NCBI RefSeq assembly: GCF_009914755.1
Contig: NC_060936.1
Strand: one strand, 5' to 3'
DNA from: the human T2T-CHM13v2.0 reference genome, Homo sapiens
Length of the DNA: 64,000 nt
Positions 1 to 14,160 of this stretch are shown in pieces; the first letter of the stretch is position 1; each line of letters begins with the position of its first letter. The position numbers and the translations under genes were made by a program. Below the pieces are notes generated by a model. That model worked only from the letters and a program-made list of their open reading frames with translations, was not told the DNA's origin and ran no database searches.

Positions 1-578
1 CTTATAGTCTGTTCTCAAACCAGCAGCCTGAGGAATGCTACTCAAAGTTCTCCTGTGACTCCCCTACGGTAAAAGCCAAAAGTCTTACTCTGGTTATAAG
101 CCCCAGATGTTCTCTCTCTGTCCTGCAATTCATCTCCTTGCTCACTGTAGTTGAGTTATACAGGCCCCCTGACTCTTCCTTAAGCAGACCAGACACGCTC
201 TTACCACAGGGTCTTTGCACTGGCTGTTGTTCCCCCTGCCTGGAATACTCTTCCTCAAATATCCACATAGGCTTGTTTCCTTTTAAAGTCTCTACCCAGG
301 AGCCATCTCATTGACCCTTCTCTGACAGCCCTGTTGACACTTGCAATTATTTCCTAGTACCCTAATTGCTCCTTCTTTCCTTCTTTTTCTCTCTAGCACC
401 TCTCATTATCTAACATACTCTTTGACTTACTTATTTTGTGTGTGGTTCACGCTTATCCATGAGAACATCAGCTCCATGGCAAGGCATTTTGTCTGTCTTA
501 CTCTCTGCTGCATTCCCAGCACCAAGAATAGCGCCTGGCACCTAGTAGGCGCTCAATAAATATTTGTTGAATGAATGA
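1..578 (+). mobile_element. LINE-2 3' end relic
   Basis: ctttgcactggctgtt...cctggaatactctt and terminal gcctggcacctagtaggcgctcaataaatatttgttgaatgaatga, typical L2 3' end. Confidence 0.85.
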
Positions 579-1188
579 CTCTGAAGCCATCATTCTGTCC
601 ACCACACAAACTGCCACCTTCCTACACCGACTTCTTGTCTATAAGAATTCCACATCCTTGCCAACACTTGCTATGGTCATGTTTCCATTTTCTCTAACTT
701 ATGGCTGTAAAATGGTATCTGATTGTGGTTTTAACATGCATTTCTTGAGATGCCTGGGCACTCAGGTACTGACATGTCTGAGGGACAGAGAGTGGGTCTT
801 TGTCTCCCTCTGGCTGGAAGTCCAGAGCTCCAAAATAGACCATCTCCCAGCATTTTTTGAGAAAATGGGAAATGAGTCTTTGTTTTGGGTTATAATAAGA
901 TAAGCAACTCATGTACAACAAAAGTTAGCATCTGCTCTGCACACAAGGTTTAATATTTAGAGATAATTTAAAACCAAGGAAAAGGCAGAGTTATTAATAA
1001 ACACTTGGGGGGAGGTGTGAAGAGAGAGTATGAAAATCTCCATTTGAAAAAGCTACTGTAGTTAGCATCCAAAATAAGACCTTACTTAGCATTCGGTTCT
1101 GCTCATTTGCAAATTAAGAGATGTATTGTTTTAAAAATAATTAAGTCTAATTTTGCATGTTTGGGAGATGGCTCTCCACTGGCTTTAA

Positions 1189-1527
<339 letters not shown>

Positions 1528-1734
1528 TCTGAATACAGATTAATCTCCATCGCTAAGCTAAGTGTTTGCTGTTCTAGGTAGTCACAAATGTTCACTAAGG
1601 CAAGCCACAGTTGAAGCTGAAGTCGCTACAGGAGTGATGTCTGGGGTCCCCAGGAATTACTTTGGGGTTCTATAGATCCCCAGAATTCCTGTCATTTACA
1701 GCAGGGATCTTAGCAACCACTGAGCCCAGTTTTC

Positions 1735-1835
1735 TTCATTTTTACAGGTAAAGACATAGAAGCTCAGAGAGATGAAGAGGCTTTTCTGAGGTCACACAGT
1801 AGGGCAGTGGAAGAACTCAGATTAGAATACAGGCC
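1735..1835 (-). mobile_element. MIR fragment
   Basis: ttttacagg...gctcagagag...ggtcacacag MIR core. Confidence 0.65.
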
Positions 1836-1862
1836 TTTTCTAGCCTTATAAATGGTATTTTC

Positions 1863-2187
1863 AGCTGGGTATGGTGGCTCACACCTGTAATACCAACACT
1901 TTAGGAGGCCAAGACGGGAGGATTGCTTGAAACTAGGAGTTTGAGACCAGCCTGGGAAGCAAAGTGAGACCCCACCTCTACAAAAATAAAAATAAAAATA
2001 AATTAGCTGGGTGTGGTGGCATGCACCTGTAGTCCCAGCTACTCAGGTGGCTGAGGCAGGAAGATAGCTTGAGCTCAGGAGTTCAAGGCGACAGTGAGCT
2101 ACGATGGCACCACTGCACTCCAGCCTGGGTGACAGAGCAAGACCTTGTCTCTAAAGATATAAAAACAGACAAAAATAAATAAATAAA
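1863..2187 (+). mobile_element. Alu (J-like)
   Basis: Alu dimer with A-rich tail; degenerate TSD ataaat(g/t)gtattttc. Confidence 0.95.
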
Positions 2188-2774
2188 TTGTATTTTCCAT
2201 CAAACCTGTGTATCTCATATTTCAGTTACGCTTTTAACATATCCCTGTACCACCCATACTATTGTTTAGTGAACTCTTTTTTCCCCTTAAATCAATTCAC
2301 TTTTAAAAATGTAAAGACATTTATTTAAAAGGAAAAATGTCACAAATATAAATGGAAAATCCTATTGCTTGCCAAATAGAAAGTAAATGACAATAAATAT
2401 GAGGCAAACAAAACAACGTTATTAAGCTCTAGTAAGGCAACTTGCTTGATAAAACGTCAACTCTTGTGAAACAAAAGTTAGCATCTGCTCCGACACCAGG
2501 TTTAATACCGAGGGATATCTAGGGATGCTTAAAGCCCTGGGCCGAGACCTGCTCCCTCTTTGTTAAAAGGAGACATTAGCAAAGGCAGGAGAGGTTTCAG
2601 AACCCTGTAGCACCAACCTGAGACTTTCTCCTCCTCATAAGCAGAAGGATTGGAAGGGAATGGAAAAGGGAATGAATTTCTCCCAAGGTGATTGCGTGCA
2701 ATCTCAACAACCACCACAAGTCCTCGCTCTAGATGAATCTGGACAGCGAGAACTTCTTTTGAAACCATGCTCCA

Positions 2775-3290
2775 AAGAGTTAAAGAGACAAAAGACTAAC
2801 AGAAAATCTTGAGTTTGCAGGATGGCAGATTAGAAAAGGAACAACTTGCTGACACACGGAAACTCCCTCCACTTAGGAGATAAAGGAACTGGCTGAACTT
2901 GGTTGGACCCAGTAGGGCCAACTGGAGTCTGCGCAGAACGGGCTTGCTGACGTCACAGCCTGAATTTCCACCATGTGTTTCATACTAACTCCCTTCATAT
3001 TTGCACATGAGACCCATGAGATAGCAGGAAGAGATGACTGTGCGTGCCCCAAAACTTTCCAGCCTTCCTCTTTCCTTCCACCAATCACCTGCTAATCCCA
3101 ATATCCACCTCCTAAACCTTTTCTAATAACATTACTGCTTAAAGCCAGCCCTGGAGACAAGATTTGAGGTTGATTCCTGTCTCATCTGGAGCTGACTTTC
3201 AATATAAAGCTTTTCTTTTCTCAAAATCCCAGTGTCATGGTATTGGTTTTCTAGCCCATCAGGCAACAAGTCTATTTTGCTTGATAGCAT
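2775..3290 (+). mobile_element. ERV1 solo LTR, MER34-like
   Basis: 3' part gatttgaggttgattcctgtctc...aatataaagcttttcttttctcaaaatcccagtgtcatggtattgg resembles MER34-family LTR; 5' boundary uncertain. Confidence 0.6.
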
Positions 3291-3788
3291 TTTCTCCTTC
3301 TTTTCTTCCCTCCCTCCCCATGCTTATAAGACTCTCACAGGACACTGTCCCTACAGTTTTGGGGCTCACAGCCTGATGAGAATGAATGTCTACTCTAGAC
3401 TTGTCATTGAAAAGAACTTGACCTTCCATGGGTGGACAACTCTAAAGACTCACTCAAGAGGGCAGCTTGAGGGCACGGTATTGTTTGAGTCATTGTCATT
3501 GCATGGGGATAAAGCGAGCCACCTTCTCAGTGGATGTTTGTGTGGTGCCCTACAGGTTGGAGATTGTGGAGTGCGCAAGAAGGAAGAGGAGGAAGTGGGG
3601 AAGAGAGGAGGAGAGGATGAAGGGAGGGAGGCTAGGTTGGTTCTCGTCTTCACTTAAGAGGATATGGCTGAGACTGCTGACTGCCCCCAGTACTGGTTCT
3701 CCCATCGCTCAATAGTCGTAGGACAGCCACCTAGAAGAAAGAATATATTTCCCAGCTTCCAGTGTGGCTAGGTAAGGCCCTGTAGTAG

Positions 3789-4131
<343 letters not shown>

Positions 4132-4166
4132 CAGAAGGAATCTTCTTTAAAAGATAGCTGTTTGGG

Positions 4167-4478
4167 GGCTGGACACGGTGGCTCATGCCTGTAATCTCAG
4201 CACTTTGGGAGGCCAAGGCAGGAGGATTGCTTGAGGCCAGGAGTTCAAGACCAGCCTGGGCAAAACAGTGAGACCCTCTGTCTCTACAATAATAATAATA
4301 AAAAAATAGCCCGCCACGCTGGTGCACACCCTGTAGTCCTAGCTACTCAGGAAGCTGAGGTGGGAGGATCACCTGAGCCCAGGAGTTGAGGTTGAGCCCA
4401 CCATGAGCTATGATCACACCACTGTACTTCAGCCTGGGCAACAAGAATGAGACCTTGTCTCTTAAAAAAAAAAAAAAA
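4167..4478 (+). mobile_element. Alu (J-like)
   Basis: Alu dimer with poly-A; TSD aaaagat(a/g)gctgtttggg. Confidence 0.95.
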
Positions 4479-5357
4479 GATGGCTGTTTGGGCCCTTTGC
4501 TTTTATCTCTTCATCTCTTCCTCTTTCCAGTATCCTGGAATTTGGATGTGATGGTTGGAATCAGGCAGCCATATTCAGTTATGAAGTGATCCTGAGAATG
4601 GAGTCTTCATATAGCGGAACAACAAGACAGAAGGAGTCTGGTCCCTGAGCCTCTGCTTTTTTTTTTTTTTTTTTTGTAAAAGAGAAACTTCCATCTTGTT
4701 AAAGTTCCTGTTATGTTGGGTCTCTACTGTTCATCGCCAAACTTTATTCTAAAATAAAAGGACAACAAGTGAACCCTGGATTAGGAATTAGAAGACCTGG
4801 GCCTAGCCCCATTTCTCCAACTCATATTCCATGTGAATTTGGGGATGGAAAAGGATAAATAGCCCCTGTGTTGCAGTCCCTGGCATCCCTGGTTATTTTA
4901 AGCATCCAATGAGGTTTGCCCCTTGGGAGCTCTCAGTTCTGCTCAGAGCCCCATGTGCTTCTATTCCAAGGCAATGGTGGGGGCAGGGTGCCCTGGGAAG
5001 GAGCAGAGTGGGGGCTGGTTTCTGCCCGAGTTTATCTTAGGTCTTACCCTGTTGAGTAGGCGATCGAGGCACAAGTGGTACCCAGAGGTGTGAGAGCATT
5101 CTGTGTTAGAGGGATAGCAGTCTTTGCTAACTGCTAAATAGCATCACAAAGGGATTATGTCTGTCCTTAAACCACCTTATCTTTCATCCTTCAAACCATG
5201 CCAAGCACGTATCCATAAAAGAGCAAATAGCCCCTTTCTCTCTTCCCCTCATAACATCCTCAGCAGCTGCACGATTGTTATGTATTTTAAATAAAGCATT
5301 TAAAGCCACTCAGAATGTAGCAACAATCACCATGGATACTCATCACTGAAATCCTTT

Positions 5358-5371
5358 GTTGCCGTGGCAAC
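5358..5371. promoter_or_regulatory. RFX X-box motif
   Basis: GTTGCCGTGGCAAC, one base from the palindromic RFX consensus GTTGCCATGGCAAC, in apparently non-repeat DNA. Confidence 0.55.
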
Positions 5372-6074
5372 AGTCCACCCTTCCCCGCCTTCCCCCACCA
5401 CCCATCTTGCCTGTTTACCCTGAAACTGACATGTTGGTTATGGTGAATGATAGGAAAAAATTTCAGAGGAACTTCCAAGGGCACAGAAGCATGAAATATC
5501 TTGCCAGAAAATAGGTATTTTTCCATTATTGTAATAACTATGTTTCACTCTCCTATTTTATCAAGGATAGATGACTATTATTATGGGGGGACAAGAGGAA
5601 GATCAATGATGAATTAGAGCTAAAACAATCCCTTTTGTCATATCCTTTAGGTGATTTTTAATAGCCATTCTTGCTGCATTGAAAATGTGGTTGGTAGCAA
5701 CCCAGGAGTATTAAACTGTTGGTACATTTGACCCACTTCCTGCAATTTTTGAAAACACTTCAAGAAAACTCTTTAGGAGGGAAAACCAATCTGTACAAAG
5801 GTATTCATAGCAGGCTTTATGGGATGGTAAGAAACAAGAAACAGACATATGCCTGGTGTTAGGGTTATGTGAAGTGATCAGAGTGGGACATGGCGTGATT
5901 CTTCGAAGCTTTGACAAATGACAGGTAGGACATGGCTGTACATTTGCTAGTTCAGAGGAATAATGTGAAAAGAATCAAGCAAGGTGTAATTGATCCCAAC
6001 AACTACAGGTATGAGCTCTGAAAACATGTATGTGCTTTAAGCAAGATTGGGAGAATCTGGAGATTCTGAGCTCC

Positions 6075-6243
6075 TCCTGGGTCGGTGATCTTTTTGAGAA
6101 TCTGAGAATGCCTTAGACTATCTCCCCAGGAAAATTCCTAGACATGCAACATTTTGCATATAATTGTAGGAGATTCATGGCTCCCCTGATGCCCATTCAA
6201 GGACTACTTAGTCCTCCCCACAAAGGTCCATCAACTCCAGGTT
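6075..6243. mobile_element. hAT-Charlie-type MITE fragment
   Basis: tttgagaatctga...ctccccaggaaaa...attttgcatataatt...ttcatgg; a related copy lies at ~25915-26010. Confidence 0.55.
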
Positions 6244-6249
6244 TATCAT

Positions 6250-6380
6250 TTATTTATTTTTATAGAGACAGGGCCTCACTATGGTGCCCAAGCCGGTCTC
6301 GAACTCCTGGGCTCAAGTGATCCACCCGCCTTGGCCTCCTAAAGTGCTGGGATTACAGGCATGAACCACTGTGCTTGGCC
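6250..6380 (-). mobile_element. Alu monomer (FLAM/left arm)
   Basis: Single ~130-bp antisense left-arm unit. Confidence 0.9.
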
Positions 6381-6496
6381 AACTGCATACCTTAAAGACA
6401 CACTCACAGGCCCCCATGAGGCACATACAAGGATAATCATTGACTGTGGAGGTAGAAGTTGGAGTAATCTATTTGCCCACATTGGAAAGGAAGATG

Positions 6497-7044
6497 TGAG
6501 GTAGGAAATCAGCAAGACCTGTTTTCTAAGCACTGGCCATGACCCTGGTCACAACCCCGCTGATCAAAACAGAATCTGGTCAAAATAGGATGCAGTAAAG
6601 GGACTGGTTGAAACCAGCTAAAATCAAGATAGCAACGAAAATGGCTTCTAGTTGTCCTCATTGCTCATTATACACTAATTATAATGCATTTTGCATGCTA
6701 AAAGACATTTCCACCAGTGCCATGACAGTTTGCAAATGCCATGGCAATGTCCAAAAGTTACTTTACATGGTTTAAAAGGGGAGGAACCCTGGGTTCTGGG
6801 AACTCTCCACCCCTTTTCTAGCAAATCTGTGAATAACCCACCCCTTATTTAGCATATAGTTAAGGAGTAGCTATAAATGTAGCTAGCCAGCAATCCAGGA
6901 CTGCTACTCTGCCTATGCAGCGGCCATTTTCTTCTACTCTGTTTTGCTTTCACTTTACTGTGTTGGCTTGCTCTTAAATTCTTTCCTACGTGAAGCCAAG
7001 AACCCTCCTGGGGTGAGCCCCAATTTTGGGGTTTGTCTGCCTCA
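6497..7044 (+). mobile_element. ERV1 solo LTR, MER66/MER41-group
   Basis: TG...CA termini, 4-bp TSD GATG (6493-6496, 7045-7048), ctcattatacactaattataatgca block shared with MER41-group LTRs. Confidence 0.85.
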
Positions 7045-7090
7045 GATGGGTGAAATAAAGGGGCTTTGCACCCAGTAGGTGCTCAGGTAA

Positions 7091-7604
<514 letters not shown>

Positions 7605-7611
7605 TTTAACT

Positions 7612-8210
7612 CATATTGAAGTAAAACATTCATACAAAGAAACACATAGATCACTAAGTGTGTAGTTTGATGAATTATCACAAACTGAACATACCAATGT
7701 AACCAGCATTCAGGTCAAGAGACAGAATGTTACAGTCCCCAGCCCCCAAGTCCCCATGTGTCCTCTTCTAGTCACTGTCCTTCAACAAGAGGAACCACTA
7801 TTTTGACTTCTATTAACATATATTGATTTTGCCTATTTTTGCACTCTATGTAAATGGAATCATACAGTATGTACTCTTTTGTGTCTGACTTCTTTTGCTC
7901 AACACTGTATTTGTGGGATTCATCCATGTTGCTGTATGTAGTTGTAAAACATTTATTTGCATTGCTGTATAGTATTCTATTTTGTAAATATGCCACAATT
8001 TTTCATCCTGTTTACTGTTGAACATTTTGGTTGTTTCTAGTTTTTGTTTTGTTTGCTATTATGAATACTACCTGGAACCTTTTAGCACATGTCTTCTAGT
8101 GAGCAAATGGAAGCATTTTTCTTTAGAATATACCTAGGAATGGAATTGCTGGGTTGGAGTGTGCATGCATGTTCAGTTTTAGTAGACAGAACAATTTTCT
8201 GAAGTCATTG
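7612..8210 (-). mobile_element. Ancient L1 (L1M) 3' region
   Basis: aaatggaatcatacagtatgtactcttttgtgtctgacttcttttgctcaaca...tacctaggaatggaattgctggg. Confidence 0.85.
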
Positions 8211-8441
8211 TGCTGATCTGCACTCCCTTTTCAGGGAATTCTGCGTGTGTCTCCACCTTTATGTCAGTCACACCATTTCAGGGCTCACCATTCCCAGTAA
8301 AGCCACTTGTGGAAATAACCACCTCTTGTCTGACCCCTCATGTCAATTTCTTTCTTGTTTGTGAACCAGCTCATCTCTGTCCATATGAATTAGCTCCTTG
8401 AAAAGGCTTCTGTCTTTCCACCAGTTGCTTTGAAAACATGG

Positions 8442-8819
8442 TGATATGGTTTGGCTCTGTGTCTCCACCCAAATCTCATGTTGAATCCCTAGTGTTGGTG
8501 GAGTGACCTGGTGGGAGGTGACTGCATCAAGGGGGGTGGACTTCCCCCTTGCTGTTTTTATGATGGGGAGCAAGTTCTCACAAGATGTGGTTGTTTAAAA
8601 GCGTGTAGCATTTCCCCCTTCGCTCTCTCTCTCCTCCTCTGCCATGGTAAGGCGTGCTTGCTTCCCCTTTGCCTTCTGCCTTGACTGTAACTTTCCTGAG
8701 GCCTCCCAGCCATGCTTCCGGTACAGCCTGCAGAACTGTGAGTCAATTAAACATCTTTTCCTCATAAATTACCCAGACTCAGATAGTTCTTTATACCAGT
8801 GTGAGAACGGACTAATACA
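8442..8819 (+). mobile_element. MaLR solo LTR (MST/THE1 type)
   Basis: tgatatggtttggct...ggactaataca termini; 5-bp TSD catgg/cattg. Confidence 0.92.
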
Positions 8820-9248
8820 CATTGGATGCTAATGTTTGTTGAATACATGAGTGACTGATTCAGTTCTTCTGGAACAAATCCTAAATATTTGCCCTCTTGT
8901 TTTTATTTTGGAGCCATGCTTTAAGAGGAAAATTCTGAACGGTTTTAAAATACTAAGTTAAAAGCACACCAACAGTGGAAAATGACCACATTACCCTAAG
9001 ACTCAGTTTATGCCACAATCACTGCAAGGCAGGAAAAAGCTTTGGCCCTAGTGTAGCTAGAATAAAGGTAATTTCTGGAATTTGCCTCCAGGATTGGGTT
9101 GTAACCTGCCAATTTGAGCTGTGAGGTTTGCTTCTGTTGTGGGTTATTTCCCAGAGATTAAATGTTTCAAACTCATCATTTGTCATGGGCCCTGGCAGGC
9201 CTTGGTCTTGTCATCAGAGTATGGGAATGGAAGGAAAAGCACAGAACT

Positions 9249-9552
<304 letters not shown>

Positions 9553-9949
9553 TGTAAAAGTGCAGACTCGCACTGAGTACCTAGCACAGGATGGGCCCTG
9601 GGCTAGGTGCTATCTCCTGCAATAGCTCATTTAATTTAATTGAGTTTCACAATAATACCAGCATCCTCTTCTCTAATCTTTCCACTCTCAGAGAATAGCA
9701 TTTTCATTCACCTAGTCACTAAAACCAGAAATTTAAGAGTTATCCTTGACAGCTTTCTCTCCCTCATCCCTACATCTGATCCATCACCAGGCCCTGCTGT
9801 ACCTTCCCACTTCTCCCTATCCCTACTGCCACCATCCTGGGTGAAGCGACCACCATCTCCTGCCTGAACCACTGCAGCAGGCTCCGAGCTAGATTTCTGC
9901 TCCCATTTCTGTTGCCTACAGTCTGTTCTCCAGAAAAATCACTCTACGT

Positions 9950-10232
9950 GGCCAGGCGTGGTGGCTCATGCCTGTAATCCCAGCACTTTGGGAGGCTGAG
10001 GCAGGAAGATTGCTTGAGGTCAGGAATTCAAGACCAGCCAGGGCAACATGGCAAAACCCTGTCTCTACAAAAAATACAAAAGTTAGTCAGGTGTGGTGGT
10101 GCATGCCTATAGTCCCAACTACTCAGGAGGCTGAGGTGGGAGAATCATCTGAGGCTGAAGTGAGCCGAGGTTGAACCACTGCAGTTCAGCCTGGGTGTCA
10201 GAGCTAGATCCTGTGTCAAAAAGAAATAGAAA
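9950..10232 (+). mobile_element. Alu with right-arm deletion
   Basis: Alu dimer; TSD-like agaaaa(a)tcactct. Confidence 0.9.
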
Positions 10233-10304
10233 ATCACTCTGCTTAAAATCCTTTAGCGGCTCCCAGTTGCAGATGTTGTGGATGCCTTGCTCACAGGTCC
10301 TGGG

Positions 10305-10729
10305 CACACATTATTTCTGGGCATGCAGACCCCATGGCTTCCAACAGCAGCCCCTTTGACTCTTAGTCTGGGGGCTTTATCTGGCTATTTAAAGGGCAGG
10401 TTAGAAGTGCCAGGAGTAAACACTACTCTACCCCCAGTCCCCCCCAGTATTCCTCAACCAATGACTGATGGGAGTTGATGGATAAATATCCCAGATCTCT
10501 CATCCCTTGGTTGGAATTCCATTGAGTAGTGCTCTACAGGTCCCCCAAGACTCCTTGCTGGATTTGAGTCCCAGTTGTCCCAGTGGTAAGCTGCTAAATA
10601 ACGCATCCTGCATCTGCTTCCTTCCTTTCCCTTCCTCTCTAGTGCCTCCTGAAATCACCTCCCAAATAAACTACTTGCAGTAACATCTTTGACTCGGGGT
10701 CAGTGTCTGGGGGAACCCAAATGAGGACA
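10305..10729 (+). mobile_element. ERVL LTR, LTR16-like
   Basis: ccaatgactgatgggagttgatggataaata...cacctcccaaataaactacttgca...gggggaacccaaa. Confidence 0.75.
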
Positions 10730-11248
10730 CTCACCATTGCATTCGAGATGATATCCAACCTTCTTATCATGGTCTACGAGTCGGGTATGACCTGGTTCCT
10801 GGCTGCTGCCTCCTTCAACACTCCAGTTGCACTGGGCTTTCACCTCCTCAGATACGTTGAGATTCTGTGGCCTCAGGGCCTTTCTCTGGATTCGTCTGTC
10901 TTTCTGGAAGGCTCTCTTTGTTGCTCTTTTCTGGTTTCATTGCATGGGCCATTTCCCCCAAAGGGCCTCCCTGCCTTCCTCAGCCCAAACTCAGTACCCT
11001 ATGTGATCCCCTCTACCAGCTCCCTGTTCCTTTTCTCCCTAGCGTGTATCATCATTCGTAATGATATATTTATTTGTCTATGTATTCGTTCAATGCTTCC
11101 ATTCCTCCCCAGATTGTAAACCTCTTTGAGGATGACAATATCTGTCTTGTTCACTACTATATTCCCAGAGCCCGCCTCACAGAGGTGCCTGGTTTGGGGC
11201 TGTCACTTTGTCCAGTTCCAGGGCTCATTCACATAGCATTCTTCATGA

Positions 11249-11267
11249 GTGGCGCCCCCTAGAGTTG
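11249..11267 (-). promoter_or_regulatory. Candidate CTCF site
   Basis: Minus strand ACAACTCTAGGGGGCGCCA matches the CTCF core CCASYAGRKGGCRS with two deviations. Confidence 0.45.
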
Positions 11268-11965
11268 TGTGATATGACAGCTCTGCTGCCATGGTCAGAA
11301 ACCAATCTGGCTTGCTGTCATGTCAGTGCCTCCCCACGCATGTGGATTTTTTCCCTCCCAAAAGGCTCAGGAACCACAGAACGTAACCCTGATGAACCTG
11401 ACTCCAATTAGGAGCTTGCACTTGGCTGGTGAGAATCCCCAGACAGCCCCGAGGGTGACTCCTCCCGCTCCTTGCAGAATCTGTAGCCTGGTGTTCATTG
11501 TGCTGGCTCAAGGGTCAGATCAGAGTGAGGAGTGCTTGGTAATTGCACTGAGCCAAAGACACTCACTTCGCAATTATTGGGCATTTGAAGTTAGTTATTT
11601 GATGTGGGAAAAACCTCCACGCTGCCGAACTGCCTCTGAGCTGAAGCGAGAACATCTGTGAGAGCACAGGCTCAGAGCTCACAAAACAGACTGTCCCTTT
11701 TGCTATTAGCAATTTTCCCTGGCCTGGGCACAGCTGGGCCAAAATGAACACTTAAAAATACCCTTATCAAAGTGTAATTTATATGCAATAACTCTATAAA
11801 CAATAAACTTTATGGAGCTGTGACTTACATGCAACAATGCACCCAATTTAGGTTGACAGTTTGATGAATTTTGACAGATGTATACACCTGTGTAACTACC
11901 ACCCCAATGAAGATACAGAACATTTCTGTCACCCCAGAAACTTTCCTCATTGCCATCAATCACTA

Positions 11966-12325
<360 letters not shown>

Positions 12326-12823
12326 TTCCTAGAGTTTCATATATGTGGATTCAAACAATATGTAATCTTTTGTGTCTGGCTTCTTTTGCTCAGCATAGTG
12401 TTTTTGAGATTCATTTGTGTTATTTTTGTGTTTTAGTTCATTCCTTTTTAATTGCAAAATAGTATTCCAGTGTATGGATCAACCATAATTTGTTTATCTA
12501 TGCACATATTGGTGGACATTTGGGTCACTTACAGTTTTTGGCTATTATGAATGAAGCTGCTGTGTGCAAGTCTTTGTATGGGTATATGTTTTCCTGTCTC
12601 TTGGGTAAATGTCTAGAAGTGAAATTTCTAGGTCACATGTTTAGTGTATGCTGAGCACTATAAGAAATTGTCAAACTCTTTTCCAAAGCTGGTCCATTTT
12701 GCATTCTCACCAGCAATGGATGAAAATTCCATTGCTCCATATCACAAACACCCGATATTGTCAGTCTTATTAATTTTAGCTATTCTGGTATGTGCGTAGT
12801 GGTATCTCATTGAGGTATTGAGG

Positions 12824-13053
12824 TTTTGTTTTGTTTGGTTTTGTTTTGTTTGGTTTTGTTTTGTTTTCTGTTTTTGCAATGGAGTCTCACTCTGTCTCCC
12901 AGGCTGGAGTGCAGTGGCGTGATCTTGGCTCACTGCAACCTCCGCCTCCTGGGTTCAAGTAATTCTTCTGCTCAGCCTCCCAAGCAGCTGAGATTACAGG
13001 CGCGCTCCACCAGGCCTGGCTAATTTTTGTATTTTCAGCAGAGACAGCCCGGT
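12824..13053 (-). mobile_element. Alu with left-arm deletion and (TTTTG)n tail
   Basis: Antisense right arm, truncated left arm, flanked by tctcattgagg repeats. Confidence 0.88.
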
Positions 13054-13106
13054 CTCATTGAGGTTTTAATTTGCATCTCTGTACTGATTAAGGATGTTGC
13101 ATACAA

Positions 13107-13402
13107 CCGGGTGCAGTGGCTCACGCCTATAATCCCAGCACTTTGGGAGACTGAGGCGGGCAGATTGCTTGAGCTCAGCAGTTGGAGACCAGCCTGGGAA
13201 ACATGGCAAAATCCTGTCTCTACAAAAAATTAAAAAGAAATTCAGCTGGGTGTGGTGGTGCACACCTGTGGTTCCAGTTACTTGGGAGGCGGGCAGGAGG
13301 ATTGCTTGAGCCTGGGAAGTCAAGGCTGCAGTGAGTTGTATCATACCACTGCATTCCAGCCTGGGTGACAAGGTGAGACGCTGTCTAAAAAAAAAAGAAA
13401 AA
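13107..13402 (+). mobile_element. Alu (J-like)
   Basis: Full dimer. Confidence 0.93.
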
Positions 13403-13802
13403 ATGTTGCACACTTTTTCATGTGCTCATTGGGCACTTATATATCTTCTCTTGTGAACTGTCTGTTTGAATATTTTGCCCACATTTTAATTGGGCTATTT
13501 GCTCATTATGGAATTATAAGATTATATATCCCAAAGGCAGTGGGTAGAGCTATTCAAGGTTCTCAGTGTGATGCCAGGGGTTCTTAGCCTCCTCTTGTTT
13601 CTGGGGTCTGGCCAGGATAACAGACTGGGACAAATGTAACTGAAGGCGGGGAAAGAGACATAAATTATTTTAGCATAAAACACTCAGGAGTCATCTAACC
13701 TCAAACTTCAGTACTGAAGTTTTTGAATCTGAATCACCTGGAGGACTTGTTAAAATGCAGATTCCCTGAGGGCCCCACTCCCAGAGTTTCTGCATTAGTG
13801 GG

Positions 13803-14160
13803 TGATATGGTTTGGCTTTGTATCACCACCCAAATCTCATGTGGAATTGCAATCCCCATGTGTCAGGGGAGGGACCTCGTGGGAGGTGACTGGATCTTGG
13901 GGGCGGTTTCCCCATGCTGTTCTTGTCATAGTGAGTGAGTTCTCATGAGATCTGATGGTTTAAAACTGTGTGGCAGTTCCCTCCTCGCTCTTTCTCTCCT
14001 GCTGCCATGTAAGATGTGCCTTGCTTCCCCTTTGCCTTCTGCAATGATTGTAAGTTTCCTGAGGCCTCCTCAGCCATGTGGAACTGTGAATCCATTAAAT
14101 CCTTATAAATTACCCAGTCTCAGGGAGTTCTTTATAGCAGTGTGAAAATGGACTAATACA
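13803..14160 (+). mobile_element. MaLR solo LTR (THE1D/MST-like)
   Basis: tgatatggtttggct...ggactaataca. Confidence 0.92.

Larger units (their letters stand above)
9660..11195 (+). mobile_element. Fragmented L2 interrupted by an Alu and an LTR
   Basis: gttatccttgacagctttctctccctcatccc...; resumes after 10232 and after 10730, ending ...cacagaggtgcctgg. Confidence 0.65.

Noticed and set aside
2529-2768. 79-aa non-repeat ORF (MVSKEVLAVQ...)
   Set aside because: No recognisable homology or supporting exon structure; length is within chance expectation.
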